From contig JBBSQY010000021.1 in NCBI GenBank assembly GCA_038243585.1, forward strand, positions 1-50,450: DNA of 50,450 nt, given 5' to 3'. The notes beneath the pieces were generated by a model. It saw nothing but the letters and a program-made list of their open reading frames with translations, was not told the origin of the DNA and did no database searches. This document shows, piece by piece, positions 41,072-50,450 of the stretch. This stretch comes from Candidatus Sumerlaeales bacterium (GTDB lineage Bacteria > Sumerlaeota > Sumerlaeia > Sumerlaeales > Sumerlaeaceae). The position numbers and the translations under genes are program-made. The first letter of the stretch is position 1. Each line of letters begins with the position of its first letter.

Positions 41072-42931
41072 TTATTTGTTTTCTGGTGTAATTGTCGCTG
41101 TTTCGCTTGTTTTCTCATCTGTATGTTGTCCTGCCGGATTCTTGCCATACTCAACGGCGGCCTGAGTGTATTTTACAAGGCCTTTTTCTTCAAGGCGCTT
41201 CACCATGTCTTTTCGAACTTCTGCCTGCGCAGCGCCTTTCAGCATAGATTCCAAACGATCCCGAACTACAGCTAGTGGTACTGCTTCTCCAGCATGCCTT
41301 TTTTCTAGATTTGCAATGGCATAATCAGGAGATATGGGAATGGCTTCACTGAGACCTTTATCCGCTTGAATCGCGGACATAGCCTGATCGAATACGCGTG
41401 TTTGGGTGTCAGTTGACTGTCCTACGATATGGCGCGCTACGACTACAACACTGGTATTTTTCGCGCCGGAAGCAAGCAGTCGCGCCGTTACCGAGGTCCA
41501 GTCACTATTGACAAGTTCCGTGTGAATCGCCTCTGCTAGTTTGCGCGCCTGCTCGCGAGCACGCGCCTGCTCAGCAGTTCCAGTAGCCTGCTCGCTTTGA
41601 ATCATAAGCAATGCCCCTTCAGCTTCCGGCTGCCGCAGTTCATCCTTTAATGCATCGTATCGGATCTGGATCGCCTCATAAGTTACGGCAGCTTCAGCTT
41701 CTGCCGTGGCTATAGCATCAATGTTTCTGCGGGCGATTTCCCGGCGGCCCAGCATTTCAAGCTCGTTTTGAATTGCGGCGTTTTCCGTCAGCCCCTTATC
41801 AATTGCGGCGCGAACCATGGCCTCATCTTCCAAAGCCTGTTCCATTAGACCCTTTAACGATTCAGGATCCTGCTTGGAAGACTCCAGATAGCTTGTAAAC
41901 CGCGGGCCAAACATGGACATAAGGTGGCCGACCGTGAATCGTTTCCCATCAAGCTGGAATGCTATGGTTTCAGTGCGTACCTCCGTTACAGTGCCAGTTG
42001 AAGTGTCTGCCGACGGCAATACTTCCCCGTTGTATTTCTCCTTCGTTTCCGATACCAGCGTACGCAATTGACTGGTTAGAAGGTCCTGGGCCAGCACTCC
42101 AGGCAAGATTCCGCTGGATATAAGATCATCAAGGGAGGGCGTTCTGGTCGTTTCTTTTTCCGTTACATATAAAAGATGCAGCCCGTGGCGTGTGTCCACC
42201 ACGTCGCTGGTTTTCCCTGGTGTCAGGGCGAACAACGCATTCTCCAGCTCCAGGTTCATAGGCTTGCTGAGTGGCCCTATAGGCATTCTACGGGTGATTT
42301 TTCCAATCTCGCCACCTGCCTTGCTGCTGGCAGCTTCTGAATGGGCCTCAGCCAGTTGAGAAAAAGAAGTGCCCGCGTCTATCTGCCGTTTTAAATCCTG
42401 CAAAACGGCACGAGCCTTCTCGGGGGAACTAGTGGGAGTATCTTCGCTGGTTTCCATGAAGATATGCCAGGCATGGATACGCTCTGGCTTGGTGTATTTG
42501 TTGACGTTCTGTTCATACCAGACCTGCATATCAGCCCGGGGAACATCAATATCCGTTGCCAGCAAATCTCGCAGTTCACGCTTCAGCAATGATCGCTGCG
42601 CGACCAGCTTGTATTCCGTTGGCGCCGAAGACTCGATGTCTCCGGCTTCAACCGTGGCGGTTGTAGGTATCTCATTATAAAGTTTGGTAAGGATATACTC
42701 GTTTAATACCGTTTCGGGGTCGGGTGCGCGTAGCCCCTCCGACTGTTCCAGTTGAAGGGCGAACGAGGTGAGTTGAGTATTAGAAACGGTGTCGCCACCG
42801 ACGGTCGCTACAGCGGCGTTGCCCTGGTTGACATTTACAGAAACAGTTTCAGTCTGCGCGCCGCATATGCTTAACTGTCCGCAAACAACCAGCATTCCTA
42901 TCGCAGAGATGTGACTATGTAAAACTCTCAT
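41072..42931 (-). CDS. exported parvulin (PpiC)-type peptidyl-prolyl isomerase / SurA-PrsA-like chaperone
   Basis: Signal peptide; PERIHAWHIF, FSQLAEAHSE...GGEIG and ALFAL.PG.TSDVVDT.HGLHL. Confidence 0.85.
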   Translation of the reverse strand: MRVLHSHISAIGMLVVCGQLSICGAQTETVSVNVNQGNAAVATVGGDTVSNTQLTSFALQLEQSEGLRAPDPETVLNEYILTKLYNEIPTTATVEAGDIESSAPTEYKLVAQRSLLKRELRDLLATDIDVPRADMQVWYEQNVNKYTKPERIHAWHIFMETSEDTPTSSPEKARAVLQDLKRQIDAGTSFSQLAEAHSEAASSKAGGEIGKITRRMPIGPLSKPMNLELENALFALTPGKTSDVVDTRHGLHLLYVTEKETTRTPSLDDLISSGILPGVLAQDLLTSQLRTLVSETKEKYNGEVLPSADTSTGTVTEVRTETIAFQLDGKRFTVGHLMSMFGPRFTSYLESSKQDPESLKGLMEQALEDEAMVRAAIDKGLTENAAIQNELEMLGRREIARRNIDAIATAEAEAAVTYEAIQIRYDALKDELRQPEAEGALLMIQSEQATGTAEQARAREQARKLAEAIHTELVNSDWTSVTARLLASGAKNTSVVVVARHIVGQSTDTQTRVFDQAMSAIQADKGLSEAIPISPDYAIANLEKRHAGEAVPLAVVRDRLESMLKGAAQAEVRKDMVKRLEEKGLVKYTQAAVEYGKNPAGQHTDEKTSETATITPENK

Positions 42932-42960
42932 ACAAATGGATTTCCTTTCACAGAAATAAA

Positions 42961-43929
42961 TTACTTTTTAGATTTTTTTGGCTTAATTGCGGCATCGACC
43001 GATTCTGTTTTAGGTGACACTTTCGCCTTCGCGGCAGCCGTTTTCTTAACGGCAGGCTTGCCCTCTTTGCGTTCTGGCTTGACGGTTTCCTTGGGATTGC
43101 CCGCTTTTTCCGCAGGAGCCGGCTTCTCAGCCTTCGCAGTTCTGGCTGGCTCCGGTTTCACCTTGCCTGCGATCTTCTTGCCTGTGGATTTGTCTGCCAC
43201 GGAATCAGGATCCGTGTTTTTTCTTTTTGCAGAAGCCACGACGTTGGATTGCGCATCAGCCGTGCTGACGTTCGCGGAATCATCATCGCTGTCCTCTGCA
43301 ACATCCGCCTCAGACTTCGCTGGCCTCTTAGCTTTAGCTCTGCGAGAATCGTCACGGCGGGCGCTCATGATGTCGTCCTCATCATCTGTCTGGCGGGGTT
43401 TACTTACAGTCTGGGCTATTACTACTTCTTTTGGCTCTGGCGGCGTGGTGATAAATTCCATCTCTACCAGTTTGTGCAGCGACTGCTTAATTTCCGCAAA
43501 ATATTTTTTAAAAATTTCCATCGTGGACCCCATGGGATCATGAATCTGATCCCCTGATTGGCCGAGTCCTACGTATTCCTTCAGTAAGAAGGTTTTGTGT
43601 TTTGATTCCGGCACACGACGCAGACATGTCTGCACATGGATCGCGGTAAATCCAAACACTATGTCAGCAGCCCGAATGAGCTTGTCATCCACCGGACGGC
43701 TACGATGGTATTTGATGTCGATGCCTTCTTCTTTCAGCAATTGCACCACTTCCGGCGTTGGAAGCAGATCATTTGGGGTCATCACGCCCATGTGCTTCAG
43801 ATCAATGTAATCTATCTTTTTCTGGCTAAGCAGCTTTGTTAAATAACCGATAGCCAGGGGGCAACGGCAGTTGTCTCCTGTATCTACAAAAAGCAGAAGC
43901 TTTTTGCCGTTGACGAGTTGCTTTCTCAA
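42961..43929 (-). CDS. LMW-PTP/YwlE-like domain with a degenerate P-loop, plus a Lys/Ala-rich C-terminal tail
   Basis: LLFVDTGDNCRCP (canonical FVCTGNxCRSP), GIDI..HRSR, ADIV, LLKEY and IHDPMG, followed by a long charged low-complexity region. TTG start after GGAAAGGA. Confidence 0.8.
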   Translation of the reverse strand: MRKQLVNGKKLLLFVDTGDNCRCPLAIGYLTKLLSQKKIDYIDLKHMGVMTPNDLLPTPEVVQLLKEEGIDIKYHRSRPVDDKLIRAADIVFGFTAIHVQTCLRRVPESKHKTFLLKEYVGLGQSGDQIHDPMGSTMEIFKKYFAEIKQSLHKLVEMEFITTPPEPKEVVIAQTVSKPRQTDDEDDIMSARRDDSRRAKAKRPAKSEADVAEDSDDDSANVSTADAQSNVVASAKRKNTDPDSVADKSTGKKIAGKVKPEPARTAKAEKPAPAEKAGNPKETVKPERKEGKPAVKKTAAAKAKVSPKTESVDAAIKPKKSKK

Positions 43930-44139
43930 TGGGGGTTCCTTCCATTTTCAGACCTGGTTTTACCAGTACGGGTCCGGTGGTCACTTTCATCCATACAGCT
44001 TGTCAAGCTCACTACAGCTAGAATTGTGAAGTTTTTCTCATTTGCCCTATACGCATTTCACAATGCATACTGATAATCTTCGGCTCTCTAAGCAAAGCAA
44101 AAGCCCAGCGTTCAGGGCTCCACTTCCTACTTATCATCA

Positions 44140-44865
44140 ATGGAACGGGGTCAACCTGTGAGTCTCGGTAAGGTTGTATTTTACGACTACGAACATTGTC
44201 GTGAATTCCTGGAAGAACATTCAACCAAGCTGCGCGAAACGGCTAAAGGCTTGGCTATTCTGGCTCTTTACCGTGAGTTTTACTATGGTTTTTCCCATGA
44301 GGCCCTTGAAAGTTCTGCAATTACTCTTGGGCAATTTGACAATGGCCTCGTATATATGTTCGTGCCTGAAATGCTGAAGCGTGAATATTACCCAGGCGGT
44401 CACAAAGTAGCCAGAGAAAAAGCCCTGGAAATGCTCCAATGTACAGAGCCGCCTATGGTTTTCGACCTGATGGGCGCTCATACGATGGAACCTTTACTTA
44501 GGGATACAGCCCATTGTGATAAGTGGATGAGACCTGATATGCTTACGCTATTGATCGAAGGTGCTGTCCAGATTATCATGTATTTCAATGCCCACGGATT
44601 CCACAATCAGATTCTCGTCCCCAGCCTAGTACAGCAAGGCTATTCCGTTGTTGACCCTTATCTCGTCAGTGCCAGGTCAGGTTTTTTGCGCGTCAGACAT
44701 TCGCAAGCGCCTGGCAAGATTTTCAAACTGCCCTGGGTTATGTGGATTCGAGAGATGTTGACCGGCGGCTACAGCATGGCTTACCTTATGGCTTGCCTTG
44801 GAAACTACATGGCAAAAATGAATCAGGCTCTGCCTGATTTTAACGCCAAATCAGAAAATTCTTAG
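44140..44865 (+). CDS. hypothetical protein
   Basis: 241-aa ORF fills an otherwise empty interval; no recognised motif; start uncertain (alternative GTG 44158). Confidence 0.6.
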   Translation: MERGQPVSLGKVVFYDYEHCREFLEEHSTKLRETAKGLAILALYREFYYGFSHEALESSAITLGQFDNGLVYMFVPEMLKREYYPGGHKVAREKALEMLQCTEPPMVFDLMGAHTMEPLLRDTAHCDKWMRPDMLTLLIEGAVQIIMYFNAHGFHNQILVPSLVQQGYSVVDPYLVSARSGFLRVRHSQAPGKIFKLPWVMWIREMLTGGYSMAYLMACLGNYMAKMNQALPDFNAKSENS

Positions 44866-45073
44866 TCACCCTTTTATGAAAGCACCCCGCGTACGGCGTA
44901 GTTTGAACTATTGATTTTCCGATTGCCAATGCCAACGGCAATAACAATGTCTTGTATTACATGTAACCTTTTGCTTGAAGTGATCGCTCATAAGTTTCCG
45001 GTTACAGCTGGCAAAATCCAGATCCTTGTTTACTTTACACTCTTACTGAATCGAAGCAATACTTAAAAACTGT

Positions 45074-47032
45074 ATGACCATTAATCTTACTCCTCCAGAC
45101 GGCCTTAAACAAATAGCCCCTGATAAAAGCGATTGGGTAACATATCGGCGCCTTATAAGTTACCTCAAAGGCACCGGCTGGATCATGCTGGCATTGTTTG
45201 CCTGCATGATATTCGAAGCAGCATTTACTGCCGCTTCGATTGGCCTCGTTAAGCCTCTGGTTGATATTGCTGCTGGTAAAAATCTTGTCAGCCATAACAA
45301 ACCGATTGCTACCGCAGACAAAGAGGTGGAACCCTCTGCCACCCCCGGTTTCGTCAAGGAGTGGAAGCAGACGATCCGCGAAACGATAGAACCTCGCATC
45401 GCAGAGATAGAGGCCCGCGCCAATGCGGAACCGCGATTCAAGTTTCAGGCCCTTATAATTATCATTGCTGTTATGCTAACCTTCGGCATGCTTATGTGCC
45501 TCGCTGCCTTCGGGTCCGGCTATATTAGCTCTTACTTGTCAACCAAGGCGGTGCAGCGCCTTAGAAACCATACTTTTAACCACATGGTTAATCTGGATAT
45601 GAAGTATTTCTCTACCCACTCTACGGGCAGGCTAATGTCTCTGGTATCCCAGGACGTTCAGGCTGTCGACGGCGCGCTGGACGTTCTCTTCACAAGCGTG
45701 ATTAAGAATCCTATTAAGATCCTGTTTCTCGTCACGATGATGATTATCATATCTCCCTCGCTTTCGCTTATCACCTTTTTCATAGTCCCTGTAATAGGAT
45801 ACCTGATTTACGTCATTGGCGGGCGCATCCGCAAGGTGAGCCGCAGGATTCAAAAGGTGAAGGCCATTCTCTCCTCCATTCTCGAGGAGGCATTTACCGG
45901 AATGCGCGTGATCAAGGGCTATAACATGGAAAACATTGAGACGCGCCGCTTTGAAAGACGGACTCGTGAAGTGTTCCGCATGGGACTAAAAACTAAAGCA
46001 GCAGAAGAAATAGGCAGTAGCCTAACCCAATTCCTGGGGTTGTTCACCGTGGCCGTCGTGGTACTTGTGGGAGCCTATTTTGTCGTAGTAAAGCAGGCGC
46101 TGTCCGGCAGCAGTTTCGTGGTTTTTGCGCTCCTGCTTACGCAAGTTTTTCGTCCGCTCAAGGGCGCAAGCAAAGTCGCCAGTAAAATTCAAAGAGGCCT
46201 GGCTGGGTCGGATCGTGTGTTCGCGGTGCTCGACACCCTGCCGACCATAGTTGACAAGCCTGCGGCCGTCGAGGCGGAACCCCTGAAGCGGGAACTTCGT
46301 TTTGAAGACGTTTCGTTTTCTTATTCTCGCCATAAACAACCTGCTCTGCAAAATATCACGTTGACAATTAAGGCCGGAACAGCGGTGGCTCTAGTAGGAG
46401 AAACGGGGAGCGGGAAGAGTTCTCTTGCCAATCTCATTCCACGGTTTTATGATCCATCAGCTGGTCGGGTTGTCTACGACGGCGTCGACCTGCGAGACCT
46501 TCAAATAAAATCAATTCGTCGGCAGCTCGCTATCGTGACTCAGGAAGTAGTACTTTTTGACGACACCATCGGCAATAATATCGCCTATGGCATTCAGCGC
46601 CCTGTGGAGCAGGAAGAACTTGAAAGCGCCGCTCGCGCCGCCAAAGCTCATGAGTTTATCATGCGCCTGCCCGAAGGCTACGATACCCGCATAGGCAGCC
46701 GCGGATCGCGCTTGAGCGGCGGCGAGCGTCAGCGCATTGCCATTGCCCGCGCCATATTAAAAGACGCGCCTATTCTGATTCTCGATGAAGCCACGTCCGC
46801 GCTTGACAGCGAGACAGAATCCGTCATTCAGGAAGCTTTGTCGAATCTTATCCGAGGCCGCACCACTATCGTTATAGCTCACCGCCTTTCTACTATCCAA
46901 AATTGCGACCGCATTTTCGTACTGGACCAGGGCCGAATAATCGAGGAAGGCACCCATTCGGAATTGTTGGAGCGGGAGGGCCGGTACAGCCGGTTTCATC
47001 GGATACAGTTCTCCAACCCGGGCGACCGTTGA
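45074..47032 (+). CDS. MsbA-like ABC exporter (TMD-NBD)
   Basis: TM domain, GETGSGKS, LIPRFYD, LSGGERQRIAIARA, LILDEATSALD and IAHRLSTI; adjacent to a GT9 gene. Confidence 0.92.
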   Translation: MTINLTPPDGLKQIAPDKSDWVTYRRLISYLKGTGWIMLALFACMIFEAAFTAASIGLVKPLVDIAAGKNLVSHNKPIATADKEVEPSATPGFVKEWKQTIRETIEPRIAEIEARANAEPRFKFQALIIIIAVMLTFGMLMCLAAFGSGYISSYLSTKAVQRLRNHTFNHMVNLDMKYFSTHSTGRLMSLVSQDVQAVDGALDVLFTSVIKNPIKILFLVTMMIIISPSLSLITFFIVPVIGYLIYVIGGRIRKVSRRIQKVKAILSSILEEAFTGMRVIKGYNMENIETRRFERRTREVFRMGLKTKAAEEIGSSLTQFLGLFTVAVVVLVGAYFVVVKQALSGSSFVVFALLLTQVFRPLKGASKVASKIQRGLAGSDRVFAVLDTLPTIVDKPAAVEAEPLKRELRFEDVSFSYSRHKQPALQNITLTIKAGTAVALVGETGSGKSSLANLIPRFYDPSAGRVVYDGVDLRDLQIKSIRRQLAIVTQEVVLFDDTIGNNIAYGIQRPVEQEELESAARAAKAHEFIMRLPEGYDTRIGSRGSRLSGGERQRIAIARAILKDAPILILDEATSALDSETESVIQEALSNLIRGRTTIVIAHRLSTIQNCDRIFVLDQGRIIEEGTHSELLEREGRYSRFHRIQFSNPGDR

Positions 47033-47072
47033 TGATTTATCCCGTCGGGTTGTGATATAAGGCCACCAGCCA

Positions 47073-48284
47073 ATGGTTCGTTTTGACGACATAAAATTTG
47101 ACTGCCGTCTCTACAACGGCTATAAGCCTTGCATCTATGGGAACGAGTGCTCTGGGTGTCCTCATTACGATCCCCATAATACCACATCACCTGGGTGGTT
47201 TCCAAAACTTGAGCGGGATTCGCTGTCACATTTGCCTCCCAAGCCCCGCATCCTTGTCATAAAAACCGCTGCTCTTGGTGATGTGTTGCGCACGACTACG
47301 CTGCTTCATCCACTCCGCCGTGCGTTCCCTTCTGCTCATGTAACCTGGATCACTGCTTCCCCGGCGGTTCCTCTACTTGCCGCCAATCCCCTGATCGACG
47401 TTTTGCTTCCTTTTACTGACGTCATGGTCGAGGATTTACTGAATCAGTTGTTCGATCTAGTTATCTGTCTGGAAAAGGAAGACCAACCGCTCGCGCTGGC
47501 CGGATTGGTAAATGCGGCTCATAAGGTGGGTTATTTCCCCACGCCTTGGACTACCGCCGCCGTGGCGAATGAGGAATCCCGGTATATGCTAGTTTTGGGC
47601 GTGAGCGATGAGCTTAAATTTTTCCGCAATCAAAAATCTTATCCCGAGATAATCTGCGAAGCCGCTGGGCTACCGTTTACACGCGACCCATATACGCTTA
47701 ATTTAACGCCAGCCGGGCATCTGGCCCGACGCCGCATTATAAGTCTGCTGGAGCGGCGCAATGCTGCTTCTCTGCCGGTTATTGGCCTCAATACCGGATG
47801 TGGGGCTGTATTCCGCACCAAGCAGTGGACTTTGGAGGGCTGGGCTGGAACCGCCCTCGCCTTGCAGCGGGATGGTCGGGCGACCGTTATGTTGATGGGG
47901 GGAGCCGCGGAGGCGGATCTTAACCGCGCTATCATAGATCAGGTGCCGGGCGTCATTGACACCGGTACCGACAATCCACTGGAGGACTTTTTCGGTATTG
48001 TGGACGCTTGCGATGTAGTTGTTACCTCAGATAGCCTTGGGATGCACGTCGCCATTGCACGTGAAAAATATGTGGTTGCGCTGTTTGGTTCCACCAGCCA
48101 TAATGAAATCGACTTGTATGACCGCGGGGAAAAGATCATCACGGACTTTCCCTGCAGCCCATGTTACCTGAAGACTTGCGACAAAAAACCTATGTGCATG
48201 GAGGCCATGAGCGCTGATACTGTGGTATCGGCGGTTATGCGCGGGCTTCAATCCCTGGATCGGCCGGCGGCGCCATTTGTCTGA
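47073..48284 (+). CDS. GT9-family glycosyltransferase (ADP-heptose:LPS heptosyltransferase-like)
   Basis: ILVIKTAALGDVLRTT, TKQW, VTSDSLGMHVA, VALFGST and CSPC. Confidence 0.9.
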   Translation: MVRFDDIKFDCRLYNGYKPCIYGNECSGCPHYDPHNTTSPGWFPKLERDSLSHLPPKPRILVIKTAALGDVLRTTTLLHPLRRAFPSAHVTWITASPAVPLLAANPLIDVLLPFTDVMVEDLLNQLFDLVICLEKEDQPLALAGLVNAAHKVGYFPTPWTTAAVANEESRYMLVLGVSDELKFFRNQKSYPEIICEAAGLPFTRDPYTLNLTPAGHLARRRIISLLERRNAASLPVIGLNTGCGAVFRTKQWTLEGWAGTALALQRDGRATVMLMGGAAEADLNRAIIDQVPGVIDTGTDNPLEDFFGIVDACDVVVTSDSLGMHVAIAREKYVVALFGSTSHNEIDLYDRGEKIITDFPCSPCYLKTCDKKPMCMEAMSADTVVSAVMRGLQSLDRPAAPFV

Positions 48285-49911
48285 CGAGCTGTCAGGAACA
48301 CCTTTCTCACAAAAAGGAATCAACAACGGCTGGTTTGTATTTTCTTTAATTATCGCCTTCGCTTTCCTGATTCCGGTTCTGATGCTGATGCGGCCGGCGG
48401 CAAAACCGGGTGCCCGCGCTGCTCACGCCGCCAAGCATGGCTTTATCCAGATGGACAACGAGGAGGGGGCACTTCTTTTTCAGGCGATGCAAATCCGGCG
48501 CGGCCTGTCAATTTACAAGCCTTTGAATAGTTACCCATATGTCGCCGGCACCTATACTCCGCTGTTTATGGCGACGATCGCGGCGGTTGATGATCTGCAG
48601 CCGCCTAGCTTCAGCCGCGGACGGTTTATCGTTTGGGCTGCAGCGCTCGGGATTGGCATTTTGCTGGTCCTTCTGGTTACGACTGCGACGCGTAATGCGC
48701 CGGTTGGGGTGCTGGCTGGGCTTCTTTTCCTGGCCACTTATGAGGTTTACAGGTGGGTTGGATATTTCAGGGTGGATTTCCCTGCTCTATTTCTTTCCCT
48801 GGCAGGTCTGGCTGTGGTCGTGCTGGGGCGCGCGAGGACGGTTGCGCTGGCGGTTGGCTCTCTTTTGATGGTACTTGCCCTGTATACCAAGCAAACCACT
48901 CTGGCGGCGCCGGCGGCCTGCCTTATTGCGCTGCTGCCGTATAGGCCACGCAGGGCGCTGGCTCTGGGCGGGTGGCTGCTGGCCTGGGGGGTGCCGCCGC
49001 TTATTGGTCTGCACCTGATGACTGATGGGCAGTTCCTGCGGCATACAGTTCTTTTTAATATGAACCAGTGGCATGAGTTCAACATCCGGGTCTGGAGCCG
49101 CCATGTCTGGAATGTGCACCGGTGGTTTTTCATCGCCGGTTTGCTTTCTTTTCCATGGCTGCTTTTTCGGGCGAAGAAATGCTTCTGGTCCGGGGCTGAC
49201 GATCTGTCGAGTTCGGGTTTGCATGGCTTCTGGCAGCCGCTGGTCTGGTATGCTTTACTGGCTCAATGGAACTTCTGGGCAATTGGCAAGGCGGGATCGG
49301 CGGAAAACTATCTGCTTGAGCCAATTGCGGGGTGGTCACTTCTTGTTTGTCTTTCTGCCGGCGGGCTTATTCGCCGCACCGCCGAGGCTCCCGCAGCTTG
49401 GCGGCGGGCGGTGTCTGCGGGCCTGGCGCTTGGGCTTTTAGTGGCGATGGTCACCCATGCCAAAGTGGTGACGCAGCCGATTGCGGAGCAAATGCGGTTC
49501 AACCCTTATCTGAATCCGGCACGACCGGATTTCGAGGCGGCCCAGATTATCCTGGGTCGCATGAGAGCGGCTAAGAATCCGTATAGCGAGCTGGCAATTT
49601 ATCACCTGCAGATTGGCGATGCGCCTGTCATACAGCCGTTTATTATGAGCGAGCTTGCCCGGCAGGGGCGATGGGACCAGACAGAGTTTGTTGAGGATCT
49701 CAAAGCCGCCAAATTTGACCTTGTGGTCGCTTTAGATGACTTGACCAATTCAGCTCCTACGGACGTTTATACTGATGAGATGCTCAAGGCGTTTCATGAT
49801 GGGTATAAGGTTGACGAGGTTCTTCGAACCCCGCTTTGGAACTATCACCTGCTTGTTCCCAAAGGGCCTGCGGATGCTGTCCCGACGGACCAGATTGCAT
49901 TGCTGGATTAG
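48277..49911 (+). CDS. polytopic GT-C-type membrane glycosyltransferase (ArnT/PMT-like)
   Basis: EEG near the first loop, YTPL, FRVD and TKQT motifs with many TM helices. TTG start overlaps the GT9 stop. Confidence 0.65.
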   Translation: MSDELSGTPFSQKGINNGWFVFSLIIAFAFLIPVLMLMRPAAKPGARAAHAAKHGFIQMDNEEGALLFQAMQIRRGLSIYKPLNSYPYVAGTYTPLFMATIAAVDDLQPPSFSRGRFIVWAAALGIGILLVLLVTTATRNAPVGVLAGLLFLATYEVYRWVGYFRVDFPALFLSLAGLAVVVLGRARTVALAVGSLLMVLALYTKQTTLAAPAACLIALLPYRPRRALALGGWLLAWGVPPLIGLHLMTDGQFLRHTVLFNMNQWHEFNIRVWSRHVWNVHRWFFIAGLLSFPWLLFRAKKCFWSGADDLSSSGLHGFWQPLVWYALLAQWNFWAIGKAGSAENYLLEPIAGWSLLVCLSAGGLIRRTAEAPAAWRRAVSAGLALGLLVAMVTHAKVVTQPIAEQMRFNPYLNPARPDFEAAQIILGRMRAAKNPYSELAIYHLQIGDAPVIQPFIMSELARQGRWDQTEFVEDLKAAKFDLVVALDDLTNSAPTDVYTDEMLKAFHDGYKVDEVLRTPLWNYHLLVPKGPADAVPTDQIALLD

Positions 49912-50243
49912 TTTGGCTTTCTTTTGGGTTGGCGGCAGTTCTGAATCTCCTGACGGATTAGTTTCATAGCGTTTTTGGCGTTCAATTTTTAATGGCCTAT
50001 AACGTTGTCGTTTATAGACTTATGCGTAAGTTTGCAAATCCTGTTTTTTAGCGCCTTTCGTATTGATTTTATTTGACTTACCGGATCATATTGGCCGCAA
50101 ATTTTATTATTTTATTTGGCGGTTTGTTAAGTTGTTCGTTCGTCAGGTTATTTATTGCTGTGTTTTCAGCGTCGAGGTTGGTTTTAGGTGATGGTGTCTA
50201 GGCTGTCTATTCCCGCACGGGTACTTATTGCTGTTTTACACAG

Positions 50244-50322
50244 GCGGGACGCCTATGCTACTTCATTTTGGAGCGGGACGCATAGGTTTCTTCATTTTTG
50301 AGCTGGACGCATAGGTTGCTTC
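50244..50322 (+). repeat. degenerate tandem repeat, 29-nt period, about 2.7 copies, REP-like core
   Basis: GCGGGACGCCTATGCTACTTCATTTTGGA (50244), GCGGGACGCATAGGTTTCTTCATTTTTGA (50273), GCTGGACGCATAGGTTGCTTC (50302). Confidence 0.8.
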
Positions 50323-50450
50323 TGGTGATTATCATAATAGAAAAGCGGGTCAGGGGTTGGCCAGCACCCCGGTTGGTTTTTTTGGGTTTTGTTTTTTATT
50401 AGGAGTTGTAACAACCGGGTTGTGCGTCGGTTTGGGGGGTTTGAAACTCA

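Noticed and set aside
50244..50322. Possible CRISPR array
   Set aside because: Units are contiguous and degenerate, with no unique spacers and no cas genes.

Overview
Core-chromosome window of a diderm bacterium; its phylum cannot be assigned with confidence from this window. Left to right it contains: the 3' part of a putative carbohydrate-active gene and an AT-rich spacer next to the 3' end of tRNA-Ser(GCT), possibly an island edge; an NtrC-type sigma54 activator; anmK; a GT-B glycosyltransferase; surE; a 12-gene respiratory operon on the minus strand (alternative complex III actABCDEFG, SCO, A2-type caa3 cytochrome c oxidase subunits II-I-III-IV) with a near-perfect Rex-type palindrome upstream; an L,D-transpeptidase / carbon-nitrogen hydrolase / membrane spermidine-synthase-like trio; a Zn-finger-like hypothetical; a GDSL hydrolase; the tuf-S10-spc-secY-adk-map cluster, detached from both the str genes and the alpha operon; a parvulin PPIase; an LMW-PTP-like protein; an orphan ORF; and an msbA-like/GT9/GT-C envelope operon. 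The most notable anomalies are: (1) adk is split at an A9 run containing an A-AAA-AAC slippery heptamer (recoding or a homopolymer sequencing error); (2) a Cse60/DUF2758-like ORF sits between rpsC and rplP; (3) the LMW-PTP has Asp in place of the catalytic Cys and carries a histone-H1-like tail; (4) the rpsH 3' end is duplicated in frame with a 24-nt period; (5) long structured spacers precede tuf and rpsH; (6) GC skew appears to switch near 47.5 kb. No CRISPR array, rRNA, transposase or integrase was seen.
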